A program made the translations under genes and the position numbers. The notes under the pieces were generated by a model. The model made no database searches, had not been told where the DNA came from, and worked only from the letters and a program-made list of their open reading frames with translations. DNA of 12,873 nucleotides from a virus (taxonomy: Duplodnaviria; Heunggongvirae; Uroviricota; Caudoviricetes): the IMG/VR virus record IMGVR_UViG_2909309443_000005. One strand, 5' to 3'. The first letter of the stretch is position 1, and each line of letters starts with the position of its first letter. Shown here piece by piece: positions 1 through 7,397 of the stretch.

Positions 1-1
1 A

Positions 2-1297
2 TTAATTTTTCATTGCTTCGTTATGGGGCATGGTTGGGGCAAACTCGCTTAACTGTGTATTTAACAAAGCTACCTGTGCATTATTGTTTTCAGACATCCA
101 TTTTCCGTATACCTGAAATACCATTTGCGCATCTGCATGGCCCATCTGGTTTGCTATAAATGCCGGGTTAGCACCAGCTGTCAGCGACCAGCAGGCATAA
201 GTATGTCTCGACTGATATGATTTTCGATGGCGGAGTCCGGCACGTTTTATCGCTGCGTCCCACATCTGCCTTATTGAGTCAACGGTAAAATGGTCACCAT
301 AATTTTTTACTCTCGCTGACACTTCAGGTTGAAAAACAAAGGTGCATTTATGTTTTTCTGTTCTGCCATACTCTCTGAGGTGAACATCAATGATATGCTC
401 TTTGCTCAGTCTCGTTAATGTCATCTGACTCCGGAGAGCGTCGATTGCTGGCTTAATAAGATGAATGACCCGATTGGTTCCCGCCTGTGTTTTTGGGACC
501 GTGAAACGGTCTTTTGCTAAATTTCTCCTGATCATCATTGTTCCATTTTTCAGATCTATGTCCTCCCATCCAAGTGCACACAGCTCACCAGGGCGAACGC
601 CAGTATAAACAGAAACACACCATAAATTTTTGGCTTGCTGATTTCTGCACGCATCGATAAGACGGATGAATTCCTCCCGCGAAAGAGGATCCGGAATGGT
701 TCTTGATTCCTTTAATGGCGAGATCCCCTTAAACGGGTTATCTGCCAGGTAACCGTTATCAACACCAAACTGGAACACGGCGTTAAGATTTGTCATGTAA
801 TTATTTACAGTTACAGCCGATCTCCCTGGTTGTGTAACAATATAGTTACTTTTGGGGATCTGGTATCCAGTCAGTAGCTCTTTACGAACCTCCAGTAATT
901 TTTCTTTATTAATCGATGAGGCAAGATTTTTTTCACCGATTATGCTCAGGATATTTTTGATGACGGCACGGTATGTGTTGAGTGATGTTTTGGCGACTTC
1001 AGTTTCTTTCAGTGCCAGAAATTTTTCAGCCAGTTCTTTTATGGTTAAATCTTGTCGGGCCTCACCAAATTTTTCCAGATTGCGTGAGGAGGGAAACTGT
1101 TTTGCATAGTCGAAAACACCAGTTTTTATTGCGTAACAAACAGAGGAGCGTAGTTCACCTGCAACGCGCCTGTTTTTTGCTGTGTCAGGAACCCCCAGAT
1201 TTTCCCTGACTCTTACGCCTTTATAAACAAACCAGATACGTAATTTCCCTCCATGGTTTTCCACGCCTGTCGGATATTTCATTTCAACTTCTCTCAT
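2..1297 (-). CDS. int: Lambdoid prophage tyrosine integrase (Rac/Qin IntR-type)
   Basis: 431-aa ORF with TAA stop at 2-4. The N-terminus (MKYPTGVE...IRIWF) and C-terminal region (RHRKSYQSRHTYACW...GANP.FIA.QMGH..AQMVF.VYGKWM) match my recollection of Rac IntR and lambda-family integrase catalytic motifs. An alternative start at ATG 1282 (MKYPTGVE) has a better SD-like GAGAGAAG upstream. The 3' end lies at the window edge, so the att site is not visible. Confidence 0.9.
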   Translation of the reverse strand: MREVEMKYPTGVENHGGKLRIWFVYKGVRVRENLGVPDTAKNRRVAGELRSSVCYAIKTGVFDYAKQFPSSRNLEKFGEARQDLTIKELAEKFLALKETEVAKTSLNTYRAVIKNILSIIGEKNLASSINKEKLLEVRKELLTGYQIPKSNYIVTQPGRSAVTVNNYMTNLNAVFQFGVDNGYLADNPFKGISPLKESRTIPDPLSREEFIRLIDACRNQQAKNLWCVSVYTGVRPGELCALGWEDIDLKNGTMMIRRNLAKDRFTVPKTQAGTNRVIHLIKPAIDALRSQMTLTRLSKEHIIDVHLREYGRTEKHKCTFVFQPEVSARVKNYGDHFTVDSIRQMWDAAIKRAGLRHRKSYQSRHTYACWSLTAGANPAFIANQMGHADAQMVFQVYGKWMSENNNAQVALLNTQLSEFAPTMPHNEAMKN

Positions 1298-1316
1298 TAG
1301 TTAGTGTGGCTTTTAG

Positions 1317-1568
1317 TCAAGTAAGATGACGTCTTGGTCTTGCTGATGCCTGGCGCTCAATCCAGCGATCAATTTCTTCCAGGTTGTAAAAGCATGGACT
1401 GTTATCCCATGGCATACCGTCATGAGCGACATGCTTATATTCCCTTCCTTCCATAAACGATTTTTCCCGGGCCTTTTTTAACGTACCTTTTTTTATTCCT
1501 TTCAGCGCAATTAACTGCTCTTCGGATACCCATTTGCCGGGAGAGACAATCATGATTACTTCGCTCAT
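1317..1568 (-). CDS. Excisionase-like small protein (Xis/DUF1233-type) upstream of int
   Basis: 83-aa ORF directly upstream of and co-oriented with int (20-bp gap). Sequence (…SPGKWVSEEQLIALKGIKKGTLKKAREKSFMEGREYKHV…) resembles lambdoid prophage excisionase-like proteins as I recall them. Position is typical for xis. Confidence 0.65.
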   Translation of the reverse strand: MSEVIMIVSPGKWVSEEQLIALKGIKKGTLKKAREKSFMEGREYKHVAHDGMPWDNSPCFYNLEEIDRWIERQASARPRRHLT

Positions 1569-1597
1569 CGATTTCTTTATCTCTTACATCAGACGAG

Positions 1598-1629
1598 CGC
1601 CGGTTGCAGAATACCAGTCACAACCGGCG
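1598..1629. repeat. Perfect 9-bp inverted repeat (CGCCGGTTG ... CAACCGGCG) with 14-nt loop, between exonuclease and xis genes
   Basis: Read directly from the sequence at 1598-1606 and 1621-1629. No U-run follows on the transcribed (minus) strand, so it is not a canonical intrinsic terminator. Confidence 0.5.
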
Positions 1630-1640
1630 ACAGTTGAACA

Positions 1641-3875
1641 TTAAGAATCAGCCTGACTCGGGATCAGTTTTTGCCAGATAGCTGAAACGTATTTTGCCTG
1701 GTAACGGGCGTCATCAAGTGCATTATGGCGCTCACCTTCGAATGGAATAGCCGTTCTGGCATCGAAGTCTATGGCTTTCCCCAGCTCAACGATTGTGCGT
1801 ACATCGCGATCGTTGTAGTAACGCCACGGGCAGGGGATCCCCTGCCGTTCGTATGAACGGCGCAAAATCGTGTTGTCGAAGTTGGCTCCATTTCCCCAGA
1901 CATGAACAAAAAATTCACCGGAGTTTTCGTCGATAAATTCCCGCAATTGTAACAGTGCATCATCTAACGGGATTTCATCGGTCATAATGGCAGATTGCGC
2001 TTCGCGTGATTGTTTAAGCCACCATTTAATGGTGTCCCGATCAATGACTCCGCCAGCAGTTTCCAGATCGATAGTCTTACTAAATTCCGGTCCCATATCT
2101 CCGGTTTGCGGATCGAAAAATATTGCACCTATTGAGATAATCGGGGCATCGGGATTTTTTCCCATGGTTTCAAGGTCGATCATCAGATGAATCCCCGCTC
2201 TGCTGGTGGATGTGAGATTATGATGACCGTTTGCCTTAATTAAGGGATCTGACGCCTCGCCAGTTTCACTATCGCTGGCATGATGCTGATTGCCGCCAGT
2301 GTTCTCCTTGTGCTGATGCGCAGTGCCTTCCATTTCCTCCGGATCATTTTCCTGAACTTCAGGCTGATTCTCTCCATCGAATATTTCCTGGTATGTTGCG
2401 TCACCCATCACCGCACCACAATCAGGGCAGTTGCCGCCACCGCTCTGACCGCAGGCGGTGCAGATCTTTTCCGGTTCCTGTTGCACTACTGGTTCAGGTT
2501 GTTTCGTTTCTGGCTCGTTTTGTTGCGTATTTGGGCTGTTTTGTTCCGCTTTCTGGTCGTTCTGTTCCGTTTCTTGCTGGTTCTGGTTCACAGAATCGCG
2601 GGTCTGGATCCCCTTAATCCATTTCGGATCATTCGGGTCGCTAATCCCTTCAACAAATTCACCACGTGATACTGCAAGCAGTTCATCGGCGTCAGGCTGG
2701 CTGATATTGGCTGCCTGCATAATTTTGTTTACTTCGTCAGCGGTAACTTTTACCGGTTCTGGCTGTGCGGTCGTGTCAGATGCACCAGTATTTTGTTGTG
2801 AACCTGAGCATGTACTGTTTTTGCGGGCGAAATATTCTTCTTTCGTGATTTCAGTAGCCCCGGCAGCCAGCGCCTTATCCAGACCAGAAAGTTTATTTGC
2901 GCGACCGTATTTTTCGCCATCCTTGTCGGTGAAGAGGAAGTAGAACGGCCCCTCACGTTCTACAGATGGTTCGACTTCCACTTTGCATTCGGTTTTTTCG
3001 TTGTCTGGAATTGCCGTTTCCACTGCATCAGTTTCTGGTACTGGCGACGAGAGAGTATCAGTTGCGCTCTGATTTGTTCCTTCATCTTCAAACACGCCCT
3101 TTGTAGTCAGGTATTCAGTAATGTATTTGTTCAGTGCCACAGGGTCTTTGTGAATGTCGATCGGACGTTCACGGACAAGGCCAAAAATAGTCTGGCGGTC
3201 GTAGCGAAGGGCATCAGGCTGTTTGCGCATTGATGCCGAGATACGCTTCCAGTCTTCGCGGTCGTTGTCGATAACTTCATTTTTTGCCCAGCGATGGATG
3301 CTGCCGTCAATGTTTCCGGCATCCACATCACCAGGCCAGAGAGCGTAGGCCAGTTCGTCATCCAGTGTTTTCCATGTCTGCTTGTATTCGCGATGAATGG
3401 CAGCAATGACCGGGTTGATTTTTCCTGTTGAATTTTCAGTGTGCTGTTGATTGGCTCTGGCGCGGGCGAGATCAACAACAGACGTGTATTTTCCGGCTTC
3501 CTTGCGTTCACCTTCGCGACGTTTTTTCCAGATGCGCATCTCTGTCTGAATTTCGGGCCATTTGGCACCAGGCTTACATTTATGCTTAACCCACCCGATG
3601 GCATGCAGCTTAAGCTCCGGATACATAGCGTTAACTTCTGGCATTTTCATCAACGCTTCAACGATATGGCCGTCGAATGTTGCCATGTCTTCCTGCAACA
3701 ATTCCTGTGCGCTAATCACCATATCAACAGTGATGTTTTCACATGTGTCGAACTTAACCATGACAGCGTTCTGTACTTCAGGGGCTAGGTTGTCAAAAGT
3801 GACGTTCATCGGATCGGATTCAGTCTCGACCGGGACAAAGGAAGCAGACGCCTCATCCCAGCGGTTTTCCTGCAT
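1641..3875 (-). CDS. Phage early-region exonuclease with C-terminal DEDDh (DnaQ-like) 3'-5' exonuclease domain
   Basis: 744-aa ORF. The C-terminal ~190 aa carry DEDDh motifs (MIDLETMG; HVWGNGANFDNTIL; HNALDDARYQAKY). The middle has a Q/E/P-rich low-complexity linker and a C-x2-C-x7-C-x2-C zinc-ribbon-like motif (CTACGQSGGGNCPDCG). ATG at 3873-3875 with in-frame stops upstream at 3921-3923 and 3942-3944. Confidence 0.8.
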   Translation of the reverse strand: MQENRWDEASASFVPVETESDPMNVTFDNLAPEVQNAVMVKFDTCENITVDMVISAQELLQEDMATFDGHIVEALMKMPEVNAMYPELKLHAIGWVKHKCKPGAKWPEIQTEMRIWKKRREGERKEAGKYTSVVDLARARANQQHTENSTGKINPVIAAIHREYKQTWKTLDDELAYALWPGDVDAGNIDGSIHRWAKNEVIDNDREDWKRISASMRKQPDALRYDRQTIFGLVRERPIDIHKDPVALNKYITEYLTTKGVFEDEGTNQSATDTLSSPVPETDAVETAIPDNEKTECKVEVEPSVEREGPFYFLFTDKDGEKYGRANKLSGLDKALAAGATEITKEEYFARKNSTCSGSQQNTGASDTTAQPEPVKVTADEVNKIMQAANISQPDADELLAVSRGEFVEGISDPNDPKWIKGIQTRDSVNQNQQETEQNDQKAEQNSPNTQQNEPETKQPEPVVQQEPEKICTACGQSGGGNCPDCGAVMGDATYQEIFDGENQPEVQENDPEEMEGTAHQHKENTGGNQHHASDSETGEASDPLIKANGHHNLTSTSRAGIHLMIDLETMGKNPDAPIISIGAIFFDPQTGDMGPEFSKTIDLETAGGVIDRDTIKWWLKQSREAQSAIMTDEIPLDDALLQLREFIDENSGEFFVHVWGNGANFDNTILRRSYERQGIPCPWRYYNDRDVRTIVELGKAIDFDARTAIPFEGERHNALDDARYQAKYVSAIWQKLIPSQADS

Positions 3876-3944
3876 ATATTCAGCATCCCAGGAATCGAGG
3901 GCAGGGCGGGGTATACCGGGTTTATCCTCGCAAACAAGAAATTT

Positions 3945-4103
3945 ATAAGCGCAGTCCTGAGCAGCCGGATAATGTTCCAGGAATTGCCAGTGAAATTTTG
4001 CGCGGGCGCGACGTTCATCACCGGCTTCAATGGCAGTGGCTACAGTGACGGCACCTTCTTCCTTTATTGCCTGTTCGTCCGGAATGGCGGCGCAAATAAA
4101 GAC
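3945..4103 (-). pseudogene. Possible 3'-terminal remnant (53 codons, no start) of an upstream early gene truncated by IS3
   Basis: Minus-strand frame is open from the IS3 left boundary (4103) down to a TAA at 3942-3944 and reads VFICAAIPDEQAIKEEGAVTVATAIEAGDERRARAKFHWQFLEHYPAASGLRL. Protein-like composition but no start codon, and no family recognised. Confidence 0.3.
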
Positions 4104-4159
4104 TGATCTTACCCAGCAATAGTGGACACGCGGCTAAGTGAGTAAACTCTCAGTCAGAG

Positions 4160-4468
4160 GTGACTCACATGACAAAAACAGTATCAACCAGTAAAAAACC
4201 CCGTAAACAGCATTCGCCTGAATTTCGCAGTGAAGCCCTGAAGCTTGCTGAACGCATCGGTGTTACTGCCGCAGCCCGTGAACTCAGCCTGTATGAATCA
4301 CAACTCTACAACTGGCGCAGTAAACAGCAAAATCAGCAGACGTCTTCTGAACGTGAACTGGAGATGTCTACCGAGATTGCACGTCTCAAACGCCAGCTGG
4401 CAGAACGGGATGAAGAGCTGGCTATCCTCCAAAAGGCCGCGACATACTTCGCGAAGCGCCTGAAATGA
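4160..4468 (+). CDS. insE: IS3 OrfA (transposase N-terminal / DNA-binding protein)
   Basis: 102-aa ORF starting [32 protein letters not shown]..., matching IS3 OrfA from memory; helix-turn-helix plus leucine-zipper-like C-terminus. Confidence 0.95.
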
Positions 4469-5331
4469 AGTATGTCTTTATTGAAAAACATCAGGCTGAG
4501 TTCAGCATCAAAGCAATGTGCCGCGTGCTCCGGGTGGCCCGCAGCGGCTGGTATACGTGGTGTCAGCGGCGGACAAGGATAAGCACGCGTCAGCAGTTCC
4601 GCCAACACTGCGACAGCGTTGTCCTCGCGGCTTTTACCCGGTCAAAACAGCGTTACGGTGCCCCACGCCTGACGGATGAACTGCGTGCTCAGGGTTACCC
4701 CTTTAACGTAAAAACCGTGGCGGCAAGCCTGCGCCGTCAGGGACTGAGGGCAAAGGCCTCCCGGAAGTTCAGCCCGGTCAGCTACCGCGCACACGGCCTG
4801 CCTGTGTCAGAAAATCTGTTGGAGCAGGATTTTTACGCCAGTGGCCCGAACCAGAAGTGGGCAGGAGACATCACGTACTTACGTACAGATGAAGGCTGGC
4901 TGTATCTGGCAGTGGTCATTGACCTGTGGTCACGTGCCGTTATTGGCTGGTCAATGTCGCCACGCATGACGGCGCAACTGGCCTGCGATGCCCTGCAGAT
5001 GGCGCTGTGGCGGCGTAAGAGGCCCCGGAACGTTATCGTTCACACGGACCGTGGAGGCCAGTACTGTTCAGCAGATTATCAGGCGCAACTGAAGCGGCAT
5101 AATCTGCGTGGAAGTATGAGCGCAAAAGGTTGCTGCTACGATAATGCCTGCGTGGAAAGCTTCTTTCATTCGCTGAAAGTGGAATGTATCCATGGAGAAC
5201 ACTTTATCAGCCGGGAAATAATGCGGGCAACGGTGTTTAATTATATCGAATGTGATTACAATCGGTGGCGGCGGCACAGTTGGTGTGGCGGCCTCAGTCC
5301 GGAACAATTTGAAAACAAGAACCTCGCTTAG
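4465..5331 (+). CDS. insF: IS3 OrfB (DDE transposase catalytic domain; expressed as OrfAB by -1 frameshift)
   Basis: 288-aa ORF overlapping the orfA stop in the -1 frame; contains DDE/rve-type residues (…WAGDITYL…[10 protein letters not shown]…SFFHSLKVE…). Confidence 0.95.
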
Positions 5332-5361
5332 GCCTGTGTCCATATTACGTGGGTAGGATCA

Positions 5362-5888
5362 TCCACCCTAAAACTATGACCAAGTATGAGATCGTCATCG
5401 TAACTACAATTGCCGTGAATATGTATGATTTGCTCGTCTGGAACGGCATAGATCTGCTGCAAGGTATTTGTATAATTAAATGAAAAATAGATGCTTTCTC
5501 TTGGTATGGGCGGGATGTATTGCTTAGGATTGTAAGCATCGGCTATGTTAATCCCTTTAACCCAATCAGCGAATTGCTCCTTCAAACGAGCTGACAGCAT
5601 TTGTGTGATTTTATTTACTTCATATTGGTAATCGTGATGATAAGCATCGCTCCAATCATCGGTATTGTATGAAGCCAAAAATATCTCACTGTTTTGAAGG
5701 ATAAGCTCATAATCAATTTCACCTAAAGCATTTTCTAACTCATTCCACTCGTCCCCAGCAGGAATGTATTCTTCTATCGCGTCATATAGATCTTGGTCAT
5801 TTTTTTCTACATACGACTTAAAGTGCTTGTATCCTGTTGGTAAGCCATGACGCATGTCAAATCCATTTCCTATTATGTAAAGCCTCAT
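5362..5888 (-). pseudogene. AbiH-like abortive-infection protein, N-terminal ~175 codons, 3'-truncated by IS3
   Basis: Minus-strand ORF from ATG 5888 (SD AAGGGA 6 nt upstream) encodes MRLYIIGNGFDMRHGLPTGYKHFKSY...SFNYTNTLQQIYAVPDEQIIHIHGNC. The N-terminal IIGNGFD..HGL motif and the FNYT...IHIHG motif are typical of the AbiH family as I recall it. The frame runs into the IS3 right end at 5361, and the last 11 codons of the six-frame ORF (5328-5361) are IS3-derived. Confidence 0.6.
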
Positions 5889-6202
5889 TGTTTTTCCCTT
5901 AGTCGAATTGTATAAAAATACTAACATGGCCTGCTCCACGTTGACTACTATCCCCTCCTTTGAGTAATGCCTTCATCAGATGTAACAACATTTGCGAGCT
6001 TCCACAGTTCGCTCAAAGCGGACTAGAAGGTTAGCTTGCGTCGGACTTGGCGTATTTAAAGAAGTGCTGGTGGAGACTGGTTGTTGTGTTCCATTTCTAC
6101 AGAACAAAATCACAGAAACTATACCCAATAGTTATATTGAATCAATGATGAGACAGCCTCATATTTATCAGGACTGGTGTACGTCCAATACAGGAGGTTG
6201 TC

Positions 6203-6292
6203 GTGCTGGTTCTCAAATGTGCGCTAGCTATTGCGGCTGTAATGGCAATTTATTGTCTTGCTGTTGTTCTTACGGATCGCCTTTCTGATTGA
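6203..6292 (+). CDS. Hypothetical 29-aa hydrophobic peptide (GTG start): MLVLKCALAIAAVMAIYCLAVVLTDRLSD
   Basis: Consensus SD AGGAGG (6192-6197) with 5-nt spacer to GTG 6203; the frame is open for 29 codons to TGA 6290-6292. The peptide is one predicted transmembrane helix with a short polar tail. Absent from the ORF track because of the GTG start. Could be a chance ORF. Confidence 0.25.
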   Translation: MLVLKCALAIAAVMAIYCLAVVLTDRLSD

Positions 6293-6299
6293 TTTTATA

Positions 6300-6328
6300 T
6301 TGGCGAGGTGACGTGAGTTAAGTAGAAT
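6300..6328 (+). promoter_or_regulatory. Putative sigma70 promoter for mok/hok mRNA (-35 TTGGCG, 17-bp spacer, -10 TAGAAT)
   Basis: Sequence-based hexamer match about 120 nt upstream of the mok start, consistent with the long structured leader of hok-family mRNAs. Not experimentally anchored. Confidence 0.3.
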
Positions 6329-6369
6329 TGCTGCGGGTGCTTGAGGCTATCTGCCTCAGGCATGAACAC

Positions 6370-6460
6370 CAAAGGCAGATAGAGAAAAGCCCCAGTTAAC
6401 ATTACGCGTCCTGCAAGACGCTTAACATTAATCTGAGGCCAATTTCATGCTAGACACATG
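6370..6460 (-). ncRNA. Putative Sok-type antisense RNA region (approximate, inferred by analogy)
   Basis: In hok/sok loci Sok is transcribed antisense across the mok translation-initiation region. A weak candidate promoter on the minus strand (-35 TTGCCT at 6486-6491, -10 TAACCT at 6463-6468 in plus coordinates) is the only sequence support. Boundaries are guesses. Confidence 0.25.
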
Positions 6461-6659
6461 TAGGTTAGCCTCTTACGTGCCGAAAGGCAAGGAGAAGCAG
6501 GCTATGAAGCAGCAAAAGGCGATGTTAATCGCCCTGATCGTCATCTGTTTAACCGTCATAGTGACGGCACTGGTAACGAGGAAAGACCTCTGCGAGGTAC
6601 GAATCCGAACCGGCCAGACGGAGGTCGCTGTCTTCACAGCTTACGAACCTGAGGAGTAA
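6447..6659 (+). CDS. Mok (modulator of killing) reading frame, in-frame N-terminal extension of Hok
   Basis: ATG 6447 preceded by GAGG. The 70-aa product MLDTCRLASYVPKGKEKQA-MKQQKAM... has the same architecture as chromosomal MokC of K-12, as I recall it. Confidence 0.6.
   Translation: MLDTCRLASYVPKGKEKQAMKQQKAMLIALIVICLTVIVTALVTRKDLCEVRIRTGQTEVAVFTAYEPEE
6504..6659 (+). CDS. hokD: Hok/Gef-family type I toxin (HokD/RelF-like), 51 aa
   Basis: MKQQKAMLIALIVICLTVIVTALVTRKDLCEVRIRTGQTEVAVFTAYEPEE matches my recollection of E. coli HokD (RelF) and is close to HokC/Gef. SD AAGGAG lies 9 nt upstream of ATG 6504. A GC stem-loop (GGCGAGGG...CCCTCGCC, 6667-6688) follows the stop. Confidence 0.9.
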   Translation: MKQQKAMLIALIVICLTVIVTALVTRKDLCEVRIRTGQTEVAVFTAYEPEE

Positions 6660-6728
6660 GAGACCAGGCGAGGGAGAAATCCCTCGCCACCTCTGATGTG
6701 TCAGGCATCCTCAATGCACCCGCACTTA

Positions 6729-6752
6729 ACCCGCTTCGGCGGGTTTATTTTA
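6729..6752 (+). terminator. Intrinsic terminator downstream of hok (CCCGC-TTCG-GCGGG hairpin plus T-rich tail)
   Basis: Stem 6730-6734 / 6739-6743 with a GNRA-like TTCG loop, followed by TTTATTTT at 6744-6751. Confidence 0.6.
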
Positions 6753-7117
6753 TCTGTAAATATTTTTATAAAAATAATGCCCACACACAGCATAAAACAA
6801 AAAGTATCACAGATAAAAAAGGAGCGTAATGTGCAGATTTGTTGTTTTCCATATTTACTCACTTTAACATAATCAATATTGATATGGTTGTTGTTTTGGT
6901 GGTTTCAAACGAGATGTTATGGTGATCTGGTAAAATTGCATAACATTAAAATTTAATTTATCTAATCGCTTTTAATAATAAGCGTTGTGTTTATCCCAAC
7001 AATCTGTTGTTTGACTTTTATTCCATTAATGTAGGGGCTTTACACTGGAACCAGTTTATTTATACTTTATACGCCAGCCTGAACAACTGGCACCTGCTGC
7101 GCCAGCAGAGACAACCG

Positions 7118-7396
7118 ATGGCGCACGATACCAAATTACACAATTCTGATGATTCTGCCGTCTTTGCCAGCAGGTGCGGACGGCGTTTTCATGCATTCAA
7201 ATCGGACTGGTTCCAGCATCCACCATGCACTGAAGAGCAGGCTGAATGGATAATTCAGTGTTACCGCAGGCGCGGATACGAGGTTAAAAAAGCCCTTAGC
7301 CTCGACTACCGTCACTGGATAATCTCAGTCAGATTGCCTTACTCCGAACGCCCACCGCGTCCGTCCCGTACATTCCAGCAACGCCTCTGGAGGTAA
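7118..7396 (+). CDS. rem: Rem-like small prophage protein
   Basis: ORF from ATG 7118 (MAHDTKLHNSDDSAVFASRCGRRFHAFKSDWFQHPPC...), 92 aa, immediately upstream of ydfU as in K-12 Qin. The six-frame ORF begins at TTG 7007 with no supporting SD. Identity rests on synteny and recall. Confidence 0.55.
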   Translation: MAHDTKLHNSDDSAVFASRCGRRFHAFKSDWFQHPPCTEEQAEWIIQCYRRRGYEVKKALSLDYRHWIISVRLPYSERPPRPSRTFQQRLWR

Positions 7397-7397
7397 C

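Larger units (their letters stand above)
4104..5361 (+). mobile_element. IS3 insertion sequence, complete (1258 bp)
   Basis: Left end TGATCTTACCCAGCAATAGTGGACACG at 4104 and right end ...CGTGGGTAGGATCA at 5361 form the imperfect ~39-bp IS3 terminal inverted repeats. Internal orfA/orfB match IS3 InsE/InsF as I recall them. Flanking triplets are GAC (left) and TCC (right), so there is no 3-bp target-site duplication. Confidence 0.95.

Noticed and set aside
852-1209. Plus-strand ORFs 852-1109 and 982-1209 inside the integrase gene
   Set aside because: Antisense to a high-confidence CDS, with no SD and no recognisable motifs.
2280-2943. Plus-strand ORFs (2280-2669, 2393-2617, 2458-2943) inside the exonuclease gene
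   Set aside because: They are antisense to a well-supported CDS, lie in the low-complexity repeat region, and encode Cys/Phe/Leu-rich translations typical of the reverse strand of a Q/E-rich coding sequence.
1641-3875. Calling the exonuclease RecE and expecting a RecET module as in Rac
   Set aside because: The C-terminal nuclease domain shows DEDDh (DnaQ-like) motifs, not the nuclease fold recalled for RecE, and no RecT-like gene is adjacent. Some N-terminal similarity to RecE cannot be excluded without a search.
3806-4030. 74-aa minus-strand ORF upstream of the exonuclease start
   Set aside because: It overlaps the exonuclease start in a different frame, has no SD, and the in-frame remnant at 3945-4103 explains the coding-like signal better.
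5328-5939. 203-aa ORF as an intact gene
   Set aside because: The first 17 codons lie upstream of the SD-supported ATG 5888, and the last 11 codons are read out of the IS3 terminal repeat. The true gene is an IS3-truncated AbiH-like fragment.
5992-6288. 98-aa Cys/Gly-rich ORF from the six-frame track (…CTSNTGGCRAGSQMCASYCGCNGNLLSCCCSYGSPF), which looks superficially like a microcin or bacteriocin precursor
   Set aside because: It starts at TTG with no SD, has low-complexity composition, and overlaps out of frame with the better-supported SD-preceded 29-codon ORF at 6203-6292. Most likely a frame artefact.
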